Below, piece after piece: positions 1-9,804 of a stretch of DNA of 18,112 bases. Location of the stretch: the UHGV virus genome UHGV-0337628. One strand, 5' to 3'. Both the position numbers and the translations under genes were made by a program. The notes under the pieces were generated by a model. That model saw only the letters and a list, made by a program, of their open reading frames with translations, made no database searches and had not been told where the DNA came from. Position 1 is the stretch's first letter; every line of letters starts with the position of its first letter. This stretch comes from a virus.

Positions 1-1178
1 TGATTTCTAATCTTTCCGATAGAGTCACGAAAAGCCTTTTCACTCATTTTGGGGCTTAGGGCACCAACCGCATCGGATAATTTTTTACCCTCAGCATCTG
101 AAAGAGCGCCCATACCCTTCAGGGACTGCACCATAGGGAGGAAAGTTTGAGCTTTAAAGGTGTCGAGCCTTGCTTCAAAGTTAGCCGCATCAGAGCCAGG
201 AACTGTCGGAAACGCTGAGCGAATTCCTACTGCTTTTGAAAGGCCGGGGCTTTGCTCTATCTCGTTGAGAGAATCAAGCGCGGTGCTGAACGTATCAACT
301 GCACCCTGAGCGGCGGCCTGCCTGTCAGCGCGGGCTATGTCAGCCTTTTGCCGAACATCTGCCTGTTTCTGTTTTAGCTCTTCAAGCTTTAACTGATTGC
401 TTTCTCTGGCTATCTGTCTGTCCAGAGCCTTTTCTTGTAATTCTGCTCTTTGTATTTCTCGGGAAAGAGCAGCATTCTGTGCGCTGATGTTCTGTCCACG
501 TATCTGGATGTCCTGACCTCGAGCTGTTAGTGCTTCTCCTGCCTGATTGCTGCGGATTGTCTCTGCCAGTCTGCCTCGGTCAATCTCACGACCAGCCATC
601 TTGTCCTGAACATTGAAGTAATCAATCGGACCAAGAGCAGCCATTCCAAGGTGATCAACAAACTCACCAAATCCTGAAGGATTCTGCTGATACATCTGAG
701 CAACGTTGTTAGGGTCAACACCGACGCGATTCAGTTCCTTGGCGTTGTTTTGCAGCCATGATTGCATTGCTTCTGGAGATGATGATGCAAGGCGAGCGCC
801 AGCCGCTAAGGTGCCGATAGAATTGCGCTGGTCTTCATCAATGAACCCCATGCCTTTACGAATAGATTCAATCTGGTCTGGATATTGAGTAGCCAACTGA
901 CGCAAAGCTCCGCGATCACCAGACGCATAAGCATTAGCGTATGCCTGCTGAAATTCTTTCTGCCGCTGAGCCTGCTTTTCCTGATGAAAAACACCCGCAA
1001 TACCTGAAAGACCTTGCAAAGCAGTCAGCCCAACATTGTTAGCACCTGAACGCTCAATATCATTGTTCTGCCTGATAAGCTGATGCGTATTGCCGATGTC
1101 ATTTACGCTCGGAGCGTTTGAGTTGACGCCGCCGATACCAGCCAACAATCCGCCATTTGATCCTTGCCAAGTAGCCAT
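1..1178 (-). CDS. DNA ejection (injection) protein, P22 gp20-like; partial, C-terminus lies beyond the window start
   Basis: Minus-strand ATG at 1178 preceded by AAGGGG Shine-Dalgarno; my translation (MATWQGSNGGLLAGIGGVNSNAPSVNDIGNTHQLIRQNNDIERSGANNVGLTA...) stays open over the ~160 nt I checked by hand; the frame was not checked to position 1. The absence of a complete ORF in this frame on the track is consistent with an open-ended gene. Position directly after the gp7-like gene matches P22 order 14-7-20-16. Confidence 0.6.
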   Translation of the reverse strand, partial: MATWQGSNGGLLAGIGGVNSNAPSVNDIGNTHQLIRQNNDIERSGANNVGLTALQGLSGIAGVFHQEKQAQRQKEFQQAYANAYASGDRGALRQLATQYPDQIESIRKGMGFIDEDQRNSIGTLAAGARLASSSPEAMQSWLQNNAKELNRVGVDPNNVAQMYQQNPSGFGEFVDHLGMAALGPIDYFNVQDKMAGREIDRGRLAETIRSNQAGEALTARGQDIQIRGQNISAQNAALSREIQRAELQEKALDRQIARESNQLKLEELKQKQADVRQKADIARADRQAAAQGAVDTFSTALDSLNEIEQSPGLSKAVGIRSAFPTVPGSDAANFEARLDTFKAQTFLPMVQSLKGMGALSDAEGKKLSDAVGALSPKMSEKAFRDSIGKIRN

Positions 1179-1187
1179 GATTACCCC

Positions 1188-1880
1188 TTAAAACAACGAG
1201 CCAAGCAATCCGATACCAGCACCAATGCCAGCGCCCCAAGGTGTTGATGTTCCCAAAAGGCTGGCAAGACCTGCACCGGCAATCGCACCAGACGTGCCAC
1301 CGCTAATTGCTGTCTGAAGACTTGATGGTTTATTGGCATTAGCAGCGGCAAGAGCTGCGCTTTGCTGTGCAATGCTGCTCATGTTGTTGGCGTACGTCTG
1401 CCCGGCGTTTGCCTGACCTTGCAGCGCACCAAGCCCAACGTTTGCCAGATTGTTGTAATTGCTCATCTGGTTTGATAACCAAGACTGACCGAGAGTCGGC
1501 GCGATCGTAGCCAGTTGATTGCTTGTGGCTGTCGAACCAAGTCCACCCGTCGCCTCCGCAGCAGCAAGACTCTGGTAACGAGCCTGACCAGCAAGATCTT
1601 TGTACTGCTGAGAGTTGTAATACTGGTTAAGTGCCTTCCCCTGTCCTTCTAAACTGGAAAGATTCTGAAGCTGGTTAACATACTGCTCCGCAAGAGGCGT
1701 GAACGGAGCAAGGTTTTTCATGATCGTCTGCCACTGCTGATTTTGCAGGTCTGCGGCATACTTCTGAGCTTCTGCTGCATACTTTGCGCTTTTATCAGAG
1801 CTACCACCTTTCCCGCCTTTTTCAGGGCAATAAGGTTCCTCTCCGCGCAGTTTTCTGCCCAGCTTAAATGCATATAACAT
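1188..1880 (-). CDS. DNA ejection protein, P22 gp7-like
   Basis: 230-aa ORF; Gly/Ala/Gln/Ser-rich with a hydrophobic Gly-rich C-terminus; size (P22 gp7 is 229 aa) and position between the gp14-like and gp20-like genes. Confidence 0.65.
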   Translation of the reverse strand: MLYAFKLGRKLRGEEPYCPEKGGKGGSSDKSAKYAAEAQKYAADLQNQQWQTIMKNLAPFTPLAEQYVNQLQNLSSLEGQGKALNQYYNSQQYKDLAGQARYQSLAAAEATGGLGSTATSNQLATIAPTLGQSWLSNQMSNYNNLANVGLGALQGQANAGQTYANNMSSIAQQSAALAAANANKPSSLQTAISGGTSGAIAGAGLASLLGTSTPWGAGIGAGIGLLGSLF

Positions 1881-1882
1881 GG

Positions 1883-2338
1883 CTATCTCCCGTGATTCAG
1901 GAAGTCGATTAGTTCTTCGCGTGTGGCGCTGTAAAACGTCACGTCATCCACGCCTTTGAAGTATTTCTTGATGGTTCCTACACGATTAAGGCCAATCATT
2001 GCGCAGTACATCTGCCCGTGGCGGAATTTGCGTGCAGCGAACGATGTGACACACTGAACAGTGGTGTTAGTCAGAATGTATCGCCAGAACGCCAGCCCGA
2101 TTTCCTTGCTGAATCCACGAACCTCTGGCAGGTACATGGCGTGGCAATCAAAGGTCAAAGGCTGAATCTCCTGATAGTAAACAATGCCGCCGAACTGCCC
2201 GTGCACGTTCACCTCGAAGTAACGGCATTCAGGCTTGTAGTCGTATCCATCACCGTTATTGCTTCCGGCGATAATGTCAGGGTGATTTCCGACTGCTTCG
2301 ATCAGGTCGATGTTTCGCGTTGGTTTGAACTGAATCAT
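1883..2338 (-). CDS. virion assembly/ejection-associated protein, P22 gp14-like (Sf6 gp10 position)
   Basis: 151-aa ORF immediately downstream of the tail-needle gene; assignment is by conserved gene order only, I do not recognise the sequence itself. Confidence 0.5.
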   Translation of the reverse strand: MIQFKPTRNIDLIEAVGNHPDIIAGSNNGDGYDYKPECRYFEVNVHGQFGGIVYYQEIQPLTFDCHAMYLPEVRGFSKEIGLAFWRYILTNTTVQCVTSFAARKFRHGQMYCAMIGLNRVGTIKKYFKGVDDVTFYSATREELIDFLNHGR

Positions 2339-3249
2339 TACTGCTCCGCGATTATCTTGATGGTTGTGGCAGTAAACGCCGCACCATTCGACTGAATGGT
2401 TAACGTACTGCCATTTGTGGCAAGAAAGCCGTCTTTATCCACACTGAAGAACGTAGCTAACAGGATGTTGTCGGTTGTTGTCGCCGCATTACGACTGCTG
2501 ACCAGCGTATCAGGAACAGAACCGGAGAATGTTAGCTGCATTGACCTGTTGGCGGTTCCGCTGGGCCACGTCCCGACAATCGACAGCTTGAAGAACAAGG
2601 TTTTGTTCTCGTTGAACACAACCATCTTGTTGTTAACGGTGTCGAAGAATGGTGCCAACGTTCCGGATGACGGCGTGAGCGTTTTCAGCAGGCTAACAAG
2701 GTTGGTCGGCGCTGTCGGGATGGTTACAGATACTCCTGAGTAAACAACCTCTGATTTCTTGCGCGTGGTGGCATACTCAAGCGCAGATATTCTTGTTGAG
2801 TGATCACCAACTGTGCTTTGTAGCGTCGAAATACTTCCCTCTGCCGCTGTGAGCCTGGTATCAAGTGCGTCGATATCGGTTGTATTCTGAGTTATTCGCG
2901 TCTCGTGATCAGCCAGCTCTGTTTCGGCAGCCGTAATCCTTGTTTCATGATCTGCAAGAGTGCTTTCCGCTGCTGCGATTCTATGTTCATGATTGATGAG
3001 AGTTGCTTCAGCAGCTTCAATTCTGGATTCATGGTCTGCAAGGGTGACATCCTGCTCATCATTCTTCACCTGTGCATCATAAGCCCCCTTCCCTGCTTCG
3101 TTGGCCTTGTTCGCCACGTTACCAACATCAGTACCCTGTGCGATAACGTACAGCAGATATGACTGCGAGAAGATATTGCGTGGAAGAACTGATGTATCGA
3201 GCCGCGTAGCTTGGATGATTACCGGCTCATTGAGATTCGAATCCGCCAT
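2338..3249 (-). CDS. tail needle protein (P22 gp26-like) with C-terminal knob domain
   Basis: N-terminus [43 protein letters not shown] closely matches my recollection of P22 gp26 ([43 protein letters not shown]...); central DHExRI coiled-coil repeats; ~150-aa C-terminal extension as in Sf6-type needles; start overlaps the stop of the upstream gene. Confidence 0.85.
   Translation of the reverse strand: MADSNLNEPVIIQATRLDTSVLPRNIFSQSYLLYVIAQGTDVGNVANKANEAGKGAYDAQVKNDEQDVTLADHESRIEAAEATLINHEHRIAAAESTLADHETRITAAETELADHETRITQNTTDIDALDTRLTAAEGSISTLQSTVGDHSTRISALEYATTRKKSEVVYSGVSVTIPTAPTNLVSLLKTLTPSSGTLAPFFDTVNNKMVVFNENKTLFFKLSIVGTWPSGTANRSMQLTFSGSVPDTLVSSRNAATTTDNILLATFFSVDKDGFLATNGSTLTIQSNGAAFTATTIKIIAEQ
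2875..3042 (-). repeat. four imperfect in-frame ~42-bp tandem repeats encoding the coiled-coil of the tail needle
   Basis: Translated units [14 protein letters not shown] / [14 protein letters not shown] / [14 protein letters not shown] / [14 protein letters not shown] (14 aa each); the repetition is visible in the DNA between ~2880 and 3060. Boundaries approximate. Confidence 0.5.
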
Positions 3250-4667
3250 TACTCAATCCTTATCTGGCAGCCAGACAGAGTGACAGGTGACTTCGTGATA
3301 ACGCGCAATTTGAAGCCAACATTTTTCCTGATGCGCCCTACTCGCTTCCACAAAACGCGTTTGTCGTAAACGAACGGTTCATTCTGCTCAATCATCTGCT
3401 CACGTCCGTAATTGATTCCGTCAGTGGTTGCAGAGAGGAACAGGCGGTCGGCGTACTGCGCAACGCCAGTTGACGATTCAACCTCAAGGTCGAACACTCT
3501 GGCGTTATCCGCTTTGAACAACGGAGTAAACAGCAGGTGTTCCTGCTGCTTGTCGTACTGGCTGCTGATATCGAACTGCAATTTCCCGGTCACGGATTCC
3601 AGCTTATCGCCGCACGTTATCTGATTGCCTTCGTAAATGAAGTCGATAGCGCGGTACACATCGTCATACAAGCCAGTTTTCAACACACACCATTGCGGAC
3701 CATTGGCGCTTGAAGATGCGTCGTACACGAGAACATGGCGCGCAAGATGGATAATCAGCAACTCATGCGCATCAAATCGCAGAGACTCCATCACACCATC
3801 AGCCAGTTCATCAGCAGTGTAGGCGCGTAGTATTTTCTCAATACTCGCGCTGGCGATTGGTGATACCTGACCGGAGCCGATGATGTATACAGACGGCGCA
3901 CCCGTTGCCGGATTGCTGATGAACGCATACGAATCAGCAAACGGCGTTTTGCAGTAAGTCCCGGCGATACCTTTTTGCACCATCAGTGATGGCTGTGCGA
4001 CATACAAAGCTGCACCAACGGTGGTTGCACCAGTCAGGGAGAAATATTCAATCGTCGATGAACCAAAGCAGACGATGAAGTCTCGCCATGTTCCGATGCC
4101 GATGATGCCGTCAGGCTGCGACTCGGCACGATATTGTGCGCTGTAGCGGTCAGGGTGCGATTCGTCTTCAGGGTCAGTGATAAACCATGAATCAGTACCG
4201 TCTTTTGACCACGCATAACGCCCACGTAAGCGCGTAATGTCGCGGACTGAGCCTAACTCATACTGCGTGAATCCGCTGTCTGTAGGCCAGTTTGAGACTG
4301 TTTTAACCGTGCCATCATAGCGATACTCGACCAGTTGACCATTAACGCCTACCGCCTGAGATGTCCGACCATGCGCCATTGATACGCGACCACTTCCGGC
4401 AACATCACCGACCTCGCTTTCGCCCTTATACAACTTGCCACCGCAAACGCGATAAACAGCATTCTGCGCCATGTTGTACTCGACACCGCGCGATACACCA
4501 TTCACATCAGAACGTTTGGCAATGCCCGGGAATGAGCGAAGATATCCGCTGCTGTTGAGTATTTCTTTGGGTGTAGCCAGCATATTCACTGGCAGATAGT
4601 CGATGTAGTCGGCGTTTCGGAAATCTTTGCCGACACCTTTCATAAGCGGAAGTTGCTGAATCGGCAT
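3249..4667 (-). CDS. head-to-tail adaptor / portal plug protein, P22 gp10-like
   Basis: 472-aa ORF (P22 gp10 is 472 aa) placed between the gp4-like and tail-needle genes. Confidence 0.75.
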   Translation of the reverse strand: MPIQQLPLMKGVGKDFRNADYIDYLPVNMLATPKEILNSSGYLRSFPGIAKRSDVNGVSRGVEYNMAQNAVYRVCGGKLYKGESEVGDVAGSGRVSMAHGRTSQAVGVNGQLVEYRYDGTVKTVSNWPTDSGFTQYELGSVRDITRLRGRYAWSKDGTDSWFITDPEDESHPDRYSAQYRAESQPDGIIGIGTWRDFIVCFGSSTIEYFSLTGATTVGAALYVAQPSLMVQKGIAGTYCKTPFADSYAFISNPATGAPSVYIIGSGQVSPIASASIEKILRAYTADELADGVMESLRFDAHELLIIHLARHVLVYDASSSANGPQWCVLKTGLYDDVYRAIDFIYEGNQITCGDKLESVTGKLQFDISSQYDKQQEHLLFTPLFKADNARVFDLEVESSTGVAQYADRLFLSATTDGINYGREQMIEQNEPFVYDKRVLWKRVGRIRKNVGFKLRVITKSPVTLSGCQIRIE

Positions 4668-4676
4668 TTATTCACC

Positions 4677-5138
4677 TCACGTACTCGGATCATCTTTCTC
4701 GATGTAAAACCGATTCCACGTAAACGCGCTTTTGTTACCACTACCGCGAGGCATGTCATTTCGCCGCTCAAGTGGTGGTATTTTGGTTAAAGCGATGCAG
4801 ATTGTCTGATATGCGCTGTCAGCAGCGGTAAGGAGAGCATCTGACGGCTGAATGACGTTATCCATGCACACTTGCACAGCGAGTTTCAAAGCGACGCCAT
4901 CATTTGCCCATGCAGGGATACCTGAATCATCGTCAGGTAACGGCATGATGCCGTTTTCTGTATCAGCAAACAGATACCCAAGCTCGATACCTTTCGCCTG
5001 CCATGCTGCCATCATGTCTTCAAGGTCATTAATGGCATCTTCAATTGCCTGAGGGTCGGCATCTGTCAACGTGGCATTGGAATACAGCCCGGCTTTTCGT
5101 AAAGCCTTTAGAACGAGATCACCCTTCGTTTTCGCCAT
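4677..5138 (-). CDS. head completion / tail accessory protein, P22 gp4-like
   Basis: 153-aa ORF directly upstream of the gp10-like gene; size and order consistent with P22 gp4 / Sf6 gp7. Confidence 0.7.
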   Translation of the reverse strand: MAKTKGDLVLKALRKAGLYSNATLTDADPQAIEDAINDLEDMMAAWQAKGIELGYLFADTENGIMPLPDDDSGIPAWANDGVALKLAVQVCMDNVIQPSDALLTAADSAYQTICIALTKIPPLERRNDMPRGSGNKSAFTWNRFYIEKDDPST

Positions 5139-5307
5139 CTTCTTCCGCCTTAGCCACTTTTTGCTTCGTTGCGGTTTCTTCAGGAGTTTTTACCCAACCT
5201 TTTTTCAGGTGAGATTTAACTTCTTCGTCATCAACAATGATGTAATCGACAGCAAACTGACCACAGGTGATCATGTTGCCAGGCTTATAGAGCATTGTTC
5301 GTGCCAT
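5119..5307 (-). CDS. small hypothetical protein (62 aa) between coat and gp4-like genes (Sf6 gp6 position)
   Basis: ATG at 5307 preceded by GGGAGAAG Shine-Dalgarno immediately after a terminator hairpin; product MARTMLYKPGNMITCGQFAVDYIIVDDEEVKSHLKKGWVKTPEE... The track reports the longer 5119..5346 version, whose start leaves no room for a ribosome-binding site after the coat stop. Confidence 0.5.
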   Translation of the reverse strand: MARTMLYKPGNMITCGQFAVDYIIVDDEEVKSHLKKGWVKTPEETATKQKVAKAEEDGENEG

Positions 5308-5318
5308 TGTCTTCTCCC

Positions 5319-5341
5319 AATAAAAATGGGGCCGAAGCCCC
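5319..5341 (-). terminator. intrinsic terminator-like hairpin after the coat gene (GGGGC-UUCG-GCCCC followed by a U-tract)
   Basis: On the minus strand GGGGCTTCGGCCCC then ATTTTTATTG, starting 8 nt after the coat stop codon; 5-bp G/C stem with a UUCG tetraloop. Confidence 0.5.
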
Positions 5342-5348
5342 ACCAAAA

Positions 5349-6602
5349 TTACTGCCCGGCAATAACGATGCCCGTATATTCAGGAACAAGTACAGAGCAA
5401 CCGTACAGAGTGGTGAAACGAGCAGTGGTTACGCCTTTGATGTGGTCGAAGGCGTAAGACATGATCAGCGTAGCGCCCTGCTCGGTGGTTGCTGTCATTA
5501 CCTGTGGACCCTGACCAGTCGGGAACGCTAGTTTGCCGTACATCAGCTCAACAGAACCATCAGCCCAGAACAGGTTAGCAGGTGCTGCGTTCTTGTTGAG
5601 AATGGTGATTGCTGCTGATTCTGCCGGTTTGGCATCGACGTTTGCATATGGACGACTCGCAACATCGGTATTTTCAACAGGGAGAATCTTTGGAGAGATT
5701 GTTACGGTAGTTCCGCTAACAGCCAGAACACGGAATACCTGCGGTTGCCCGGTGGTATCTTTTGTGATCTGGTGTACGGAATTCACACCGGCAATGGTGA
5801 ACGCATCACCAACCTGCAAGCCAGATGCAGATACCGTAATAGTCCCCTGTCGGTTATCAACTGGCATACCATTTGAATCTTTCGCTTCAACCTTGTGTTC
5901 AGGTTGGCCTGATACTGTCAAGGATTCAGCGCTTCCTTTCGGTAATCGACCAGAAATATCGGTCTTGTAGCTATCAAAGGAAGCAACCGGAGGGATCTGC
6001 GCTTTTTCGTATGCTGTCAGGGTTGCGCCCTGAGCGTAGGCACGGTGACCAAGCTCGCCAGCAAGGTCTTTGTAGTTGAAGGGGTTCCAGAAAGAGCGAC
6101 GGTTGATACCCTGCGGTACACCAATCGCCGTCATGGTGGCATCAATACCTGCCGCACAGTTCCACAAATCACGGCCCTGTGTACCTGTGGTTGAGTCAGA
6201 CATTGTGATCACGTTAGTAGCACGCTGCGTAACCATGGAAATCAGGTCAGAGTCAATCTGTGCAGCAAGGCGCATACCTGCGGCGCGACCAGCTTCAGTT
6301 TTATGCTCAGGGTCACGCATTTCACGCGCATCCAGAGTGTACAGAATGTTTTTCGGCTCCTTGAACACAGAAGGAACAAGGCGCTGAACCAGTGCTGTAG
6401 GCGTTTTGCTGCTGAGATCGAGGCCTTCCTCAATGTTCATGTGGTAATGCTGCGGACGATACAGAACATCACCTGCTCGCTGCATTGCTGTATCACCGGG
6501 ACGGAATTTTTTAGCATTACGGGAAACTACGCAGGCGGCCTCAAAGCCTTCAACGTAGTTTTCGAACATGATTTCAAGGTCTTTTGCTAATTGGTTAGCC
6601 AT
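5349..6602 (-). CDS. major capsid (coat) protein, P22 gp5-like
   Basis: 417-aa ORF following the scaffold gene; GGAG Shine-Dalgarno upstream of the ATG at 6602; size and position as for P22/Sf6 coat (~420-430 aa); followed by a terminator hairpin, as is common for coat genes. Confidence 0.8.
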   Translation of the reverse strand: MANQLAKDLEIMFENYVEGFEAACVVSRNAKKFRPGDTAMQRAGDVLYRPQHYHMNIEEGLDLSSKTPTALVQRLVPSVFKEPKNILYTLDAREMRDPEHKTEAGRAAGMRLAAQIDSDLISMVTQRATNVITMSDSTTGTQGRDLWNCAAGIDATMTAIGVPQGINRRSFWNPFNYKDLAGELGHRAYAQGATLTAYEKAQIPPVASFDSYKTDISGRLPKGSAESLTVSGQPEHKVEAKDSNGMPVDNRQGTITVSASGLQVGDAFTIAGVNSVHQITKDTTGQPQVFRVLAVSGTTVTISPKILPVENTDVASRPYANVDAKPAESAAITILNKNAAPANLFWADGSVELMYGKLAFPTGQGPQVMTATTEQGATLIMSYAFDHIKGVTTARFTTLYGCSVLVPEYTGIVIAGQ

Positions 6603-6620
6603 GCTTAATGCTCCGATAGG

Positions 6621-7514
6621 TTATTTTTTTGCCTTTTTAGCGGCGAAATACGGCGTCCAGTCACCAGTTTCCAGCGCCTTGGCTTTCAATTTGTCGAGGT
6701 TGTTGATTACTGCGCCGTTGCTCCCCTTAACTGTCGGGGTTGTGGCTGCCGTGGTTTTTGCTTTTGGCATGATTCTGGCCTTCGATTCGATACGTTCCAG
6801 CAGACGACCAATTGCTACGGGGTTGGTAGCTTCTGCCAGTTGCTTGCGCAGTTCAGCGTTGCGACCGAGTGCCAGAACAACGATTTCCGGCTTCTCTGAC
6901 TCAAGAAGGATCATGTCCTGAATATGAACAGGAACATCTTCGCGTACAGCCTGCTCTGCATCTTGGTAGCCAGCCACTTTCAGTGCTTTTACTCTCTGCA
7001 TGTAATTGGCTGCTTTCTGCTGAAGCGTTGCGGTACGCGCCTCTTCCTCTCGTTTCCGCTCTCGTACTTGCTCCTGGTATTTGCCGTTATCCTCTGCCCA
7101 CTTAGCCATGCGTTGCTGGTAGATTTCTTCATCGAAACCGATGTCCTCATCGTCCAGTTTTGGCATTCGCGGTGGTTGAGTGATTACCGGCTGCTGCTCG
7201 ACGGGTTTCTGATACTGACGCATCAGCTCTTTCAGCTCGCGGTCTTTCTCTTTAATCGTCTTGCGCAGGTGTTTTACCAGTCCATGCTCTGCGCCATCTT
7301 CGCTGGTTGGCGAATCCAGCTTTTCGTCACCAAAGTAGAATTCCTGTTCTGATTCGTCGTCATCAGTTTCAGTAGCTTCCTCTGCATCATTGCCGGAGGA
7401 CTCACTGCCATCTTCTGTTTCGACTTCTTCAGCCCGTTCGACATCATCAGGAATCTGCTCTGACGCGTCGGTTTCGATTTCAACTTCTGGTGTGTTTTCT
7501 GCCATCTGGTCCAT
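6621..7514 (-). CDS. scaffolding protein, P22 gp8-like
   Basis: 297-aa ORF (P22 gp8 is 303 aa); strongly acidic N-terminal region, charged helical middle and basic C-terminal tail; lies between portal and coat. Confidence 0.75.
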   Translation of the reverse strand: MDQMAENTPEVEIETDASEQIPDDVERAEEVETEDGSESSGNDAEEATETDDDESEQEFYFGDEKLDSPTSEDGAEHGLVKHLRKTIKEKDRELKELMRQYQKPVEQQPVITQPPRMPKLDDEDIGFDEEIYQQRMAKWAEDNGKYQEQVRERKREEEARTATLQQKAANYMQRVKALKVAGYQDAEQAVREDVPVHIQDMILLESEKPEIVVLALGRNAELRKQLAEATNPVAIGRLLERIESKARIMPKAKTTAATTPTVKGSNGAVINNLDKLKAKALETGDWTPYFAAKKAKK

Positions 7515-7604
7515 TTGTTACCCCTGTTTACTCGATGTTCAGCCCATCGGAAGGCAATAGGGTGCCAGGCCTCATAAAGACAGCCATTGCACGTTATGGG
7601 TTAA

Positions 7605-9803
7605 TTACTGCTGTGGTTGTTGCTGAGTTGATTTTTGCAGGATGCTGCTGATGTCAATGCGCTGCGCATGGCCCTGTGCCTGACTTTTCAGGACAAGCTC
7701 TGCATCAGCACGGGCATTGTCTCCTTGCTGTTGCTGGAACTGTCCGAGCAGTTTCAGAGCCTCGCGGATATCAGATTTCTGCTGGCTATCAGCAGATGCG
7801 AGGATTTTCACAACGTTTGCCGCTGCAACCTGAGCATCAGTCTGTGCCTGGAATGCTTTAACCTGAATGGCTGCCTGCTCGTTCTGCGCTTTCTGCAATT
7901 CAGCCTGACCAGCAAGAAGCTGACCTTGCGCAGCAACCATAGCCGGATCTGGCTGACTGGCCTGTTGTTGTTTCGCCTGCTCAACCATCTGCTGTTCTTC
8001 TGGCGTTCTCGGCTTGATAACTCCAGACAGAAGCAACTGATTGCGGTTGTATTCTTTAAGGTCGTCCATCCCTTCGCCGTCCATATTGTCGAGGATCATC
8101 GACGATACAAGGTCGTGTTTCGGCGTTCCGGGCGGGATAAGTGCCAGCATGGAAAGTAACGACTTAACCGTTGCGTCACGGCGAGTAGCGAACGACTGAC
8201 CGACATCGACAGTCACTTCATAGTTACCCTGCGAAAGGTCGTTAAGCGCGATAACCTGCCCTGTCTGACGGTCAACCACTTCACCAGTCATCAGCGCCAC
8301 GTCATCGCTGCCGTCCTCATTAACGATACGCATCGGCGTATCACTGCCATAGACCTCACGCGCCATAGAAAGCCACACAACGCCAGCGCGACGCATGGAT
8401 TTAGCCATGTTGTCCATGTAGATATAGGACTGCGTGTCCATCCGGTTAAAAATGCTATCAACAGTATCGGTGGCGACGTTGCTCGGCATGTTCTCAAGCT
8501 GCGACGCACCTGTAATTTGCTGAATAGCCGTTCCGGTGTACTGCAATAGCCCGGCAAGAGCAGGAGGCATTTGTGTCGGGGGTGTCCAGCCAGCAACCTG
8601 AGCTTCTGAAATGACTGTTCCGTTTTTGTCCTTCTTGCTGGTCATAGGAAGAACTGCAGGTCTTTTCTTATTCCTCTCTGCCCAGTGATTCATTAATGGA
8701 CCGGGAATGAAATCAACATCCACGATAGGAATGCCATCACCGCCAGCCTGAGTAGCGTTATCTGCAATCATGGAAACCATCAGGTTCTCAAGACGCTGTG
8801 CATCCATCGCTTTTGCTGCGTGGCCTTCGATTCGCTCCTGATTATCAACAAATGATCGACGCCCATATACCGGGATGAGAGGAATATGTTCGCCCGGAAT
8901 ACGCTTCGGTTCTTCCAGCCATTCAGCGCCAGACAGAAGACCGCAATAAACGCGGCGCTTCTTCACCGTTCGCTCGCCAATCAGTTCGAATGCACCATCG
9001 GTCAGCTCGTCGACAATATCTTTGATTTGCTCTTCATCATAAATTGCCGTTTCTCCGCTAACAGGGTTGCGCCACGCCGTGAGCTTCACCTTCTCTATGC
9101 GAACTTCGTAGTAGCGTCCAACATAGATGGCATCGGGCGTTGACCAGTCATACTGAGTACCAGTGTCATCACGAGAAAGGCTTGCCGCGATGGAACCAGG
9201 GTATTCGGCCTCGAACGCTTTAGGCGTCATGGAGAACATTTCCATAGCCCACATAGCATCAGAGCGGTCATATTGCTTGCTGTCCTGATCGAAGAAGACG
9301 CATGTCGCCGGGTCGTAAACAGGAAGAAGGCTGATGCGTCGCTGCTCGTTACTCGGATCCATTTCATCTTCGTAATCGGCACACATGCGGAAACAACCGA
9401 ATCCGCCCGTTACAGCATCATCAAATGCGTTATCACACGCTTCACCACCTGATGTTTCCTGATAGTCAGCGCGGAATTTGCCGTTCATCTTTTCGGCTAA
9501 CGCTTCCGATGCCTTATCGTCCTTCGGCCTGAATTTAACGCTGATGCGATTCTGTCGATACTCGCCAATGATGCGATCACATTCACGGGCAATCTTATTC
9601 AGTTCAAAGCGCGGATAGTGCTCAAACCTGCCTTCATCAAATGAGTAACCAGCGTTTGTGCTGCCTTCCCACTGTGCGCCGGACACCCGGACGAAACGCT
9701 GAGCCTCAATAATCTGCTCACGCATATCCTGCGTTGCTGACCAGGCATTATCAAAGTTGCACAGCACCTTGCGATGCCAGTCAGTCATCTTTTTTTCTGC
9801 CAT
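7605..9803 (-). CDS. portal protein, P22 gp1-like
   Basis: 732-aa ORF; long Gln-rich helical C-terminal tail (...PEEQQMVEQAKQQQASQPDPAMVAAQGQLLAGQAELQKAQNEQ...) resembling the P22 portal barrel region as I recall it; directly downstream of the large terminase. Confidence 0.9.
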   Translation of the reverse strand: MAEKKMTDWHRKVLCNFDNAWSATQDMREQIIEAQRFVRVSGAQWEGSTNAGYSFDEGRFEHYPRFELNKIARECDRIIGEYRQNRISVKFRPKDDKASEALAEKMNGKFRADYQETSGGEACDNAFDDAVTGGFGCFRMCADYEDEMDPSNEQRRISLLPVYDPATCVFFDQDSKQYDRSDAMWAMEMFSMTPKAFEAEYPGSIAASLSRDDTGTQYDWSTPDAIYVGRYYEVRIEKVKLTAWRNPVSGETAIYDEEQIKDIVDELTDGAFELIGERTVKKRRVYCGLLSGAEWLEEPKRIPGEHIPLIPVYGRRSFVDNQERIEGHAAKAMDAQRLENLMVSMIADNATQAGGDGIPIVDVDFIPGPLMNHWAERNKKRPAVLPMTSKKDKNGTVISEAQVAGWTPPTQMPPALAGLLQYTGTAIQQITGASQLENMPSNVATDTVDSIFNRMDTQSYIYMDNMAKSMRRAGVVWLSMAREVYGSDTPMRIVNEDGSDDVALMTGEVVDRQTGQVIALNDLSQGNYEVTVDVGQSFATRRDATVKSLLSMLALIPPGTPKHDLVSSMILDNMDGEGMDDLKEYNRNQLLLSGVIKPRTPEEQQMVEQAKQQQASQPDPAMVAAQGQLLAGQAELQKAQNEQAAIQVKAFQAQTDAQVAAANVVKILASADSQQKSDIREALKLLGQFQQQQGDNARADAELVLKSQAQGHAQRIDISSILQKSTQQQPQQ

Positions 9804-9804
9804 A

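Noticed and set aside
1188-1880. Low-complexity Gly/Ala/Gln/Ser-rich composition of the gp7-like protein as a possible non-coding repeat
   Set aside because: The frame is intact for 230 codons at the expected position and size for an ejection protein; the low complexity is a property of that protein family.
7635-8159. 174-aa plus-strand ORF (and similar plus-strand ORFs at 5071..5457, 6076..6387, 6568..6921, 6924..7352, 9847..10311, 10492..10842)
   Set aside because: All lie antisense inside long, well-supported minus-strand structural or terminase genes, lack ribosome-binding sites and have low-complexity or Cys/Arg/Leu-rich products typical of antisense frames.
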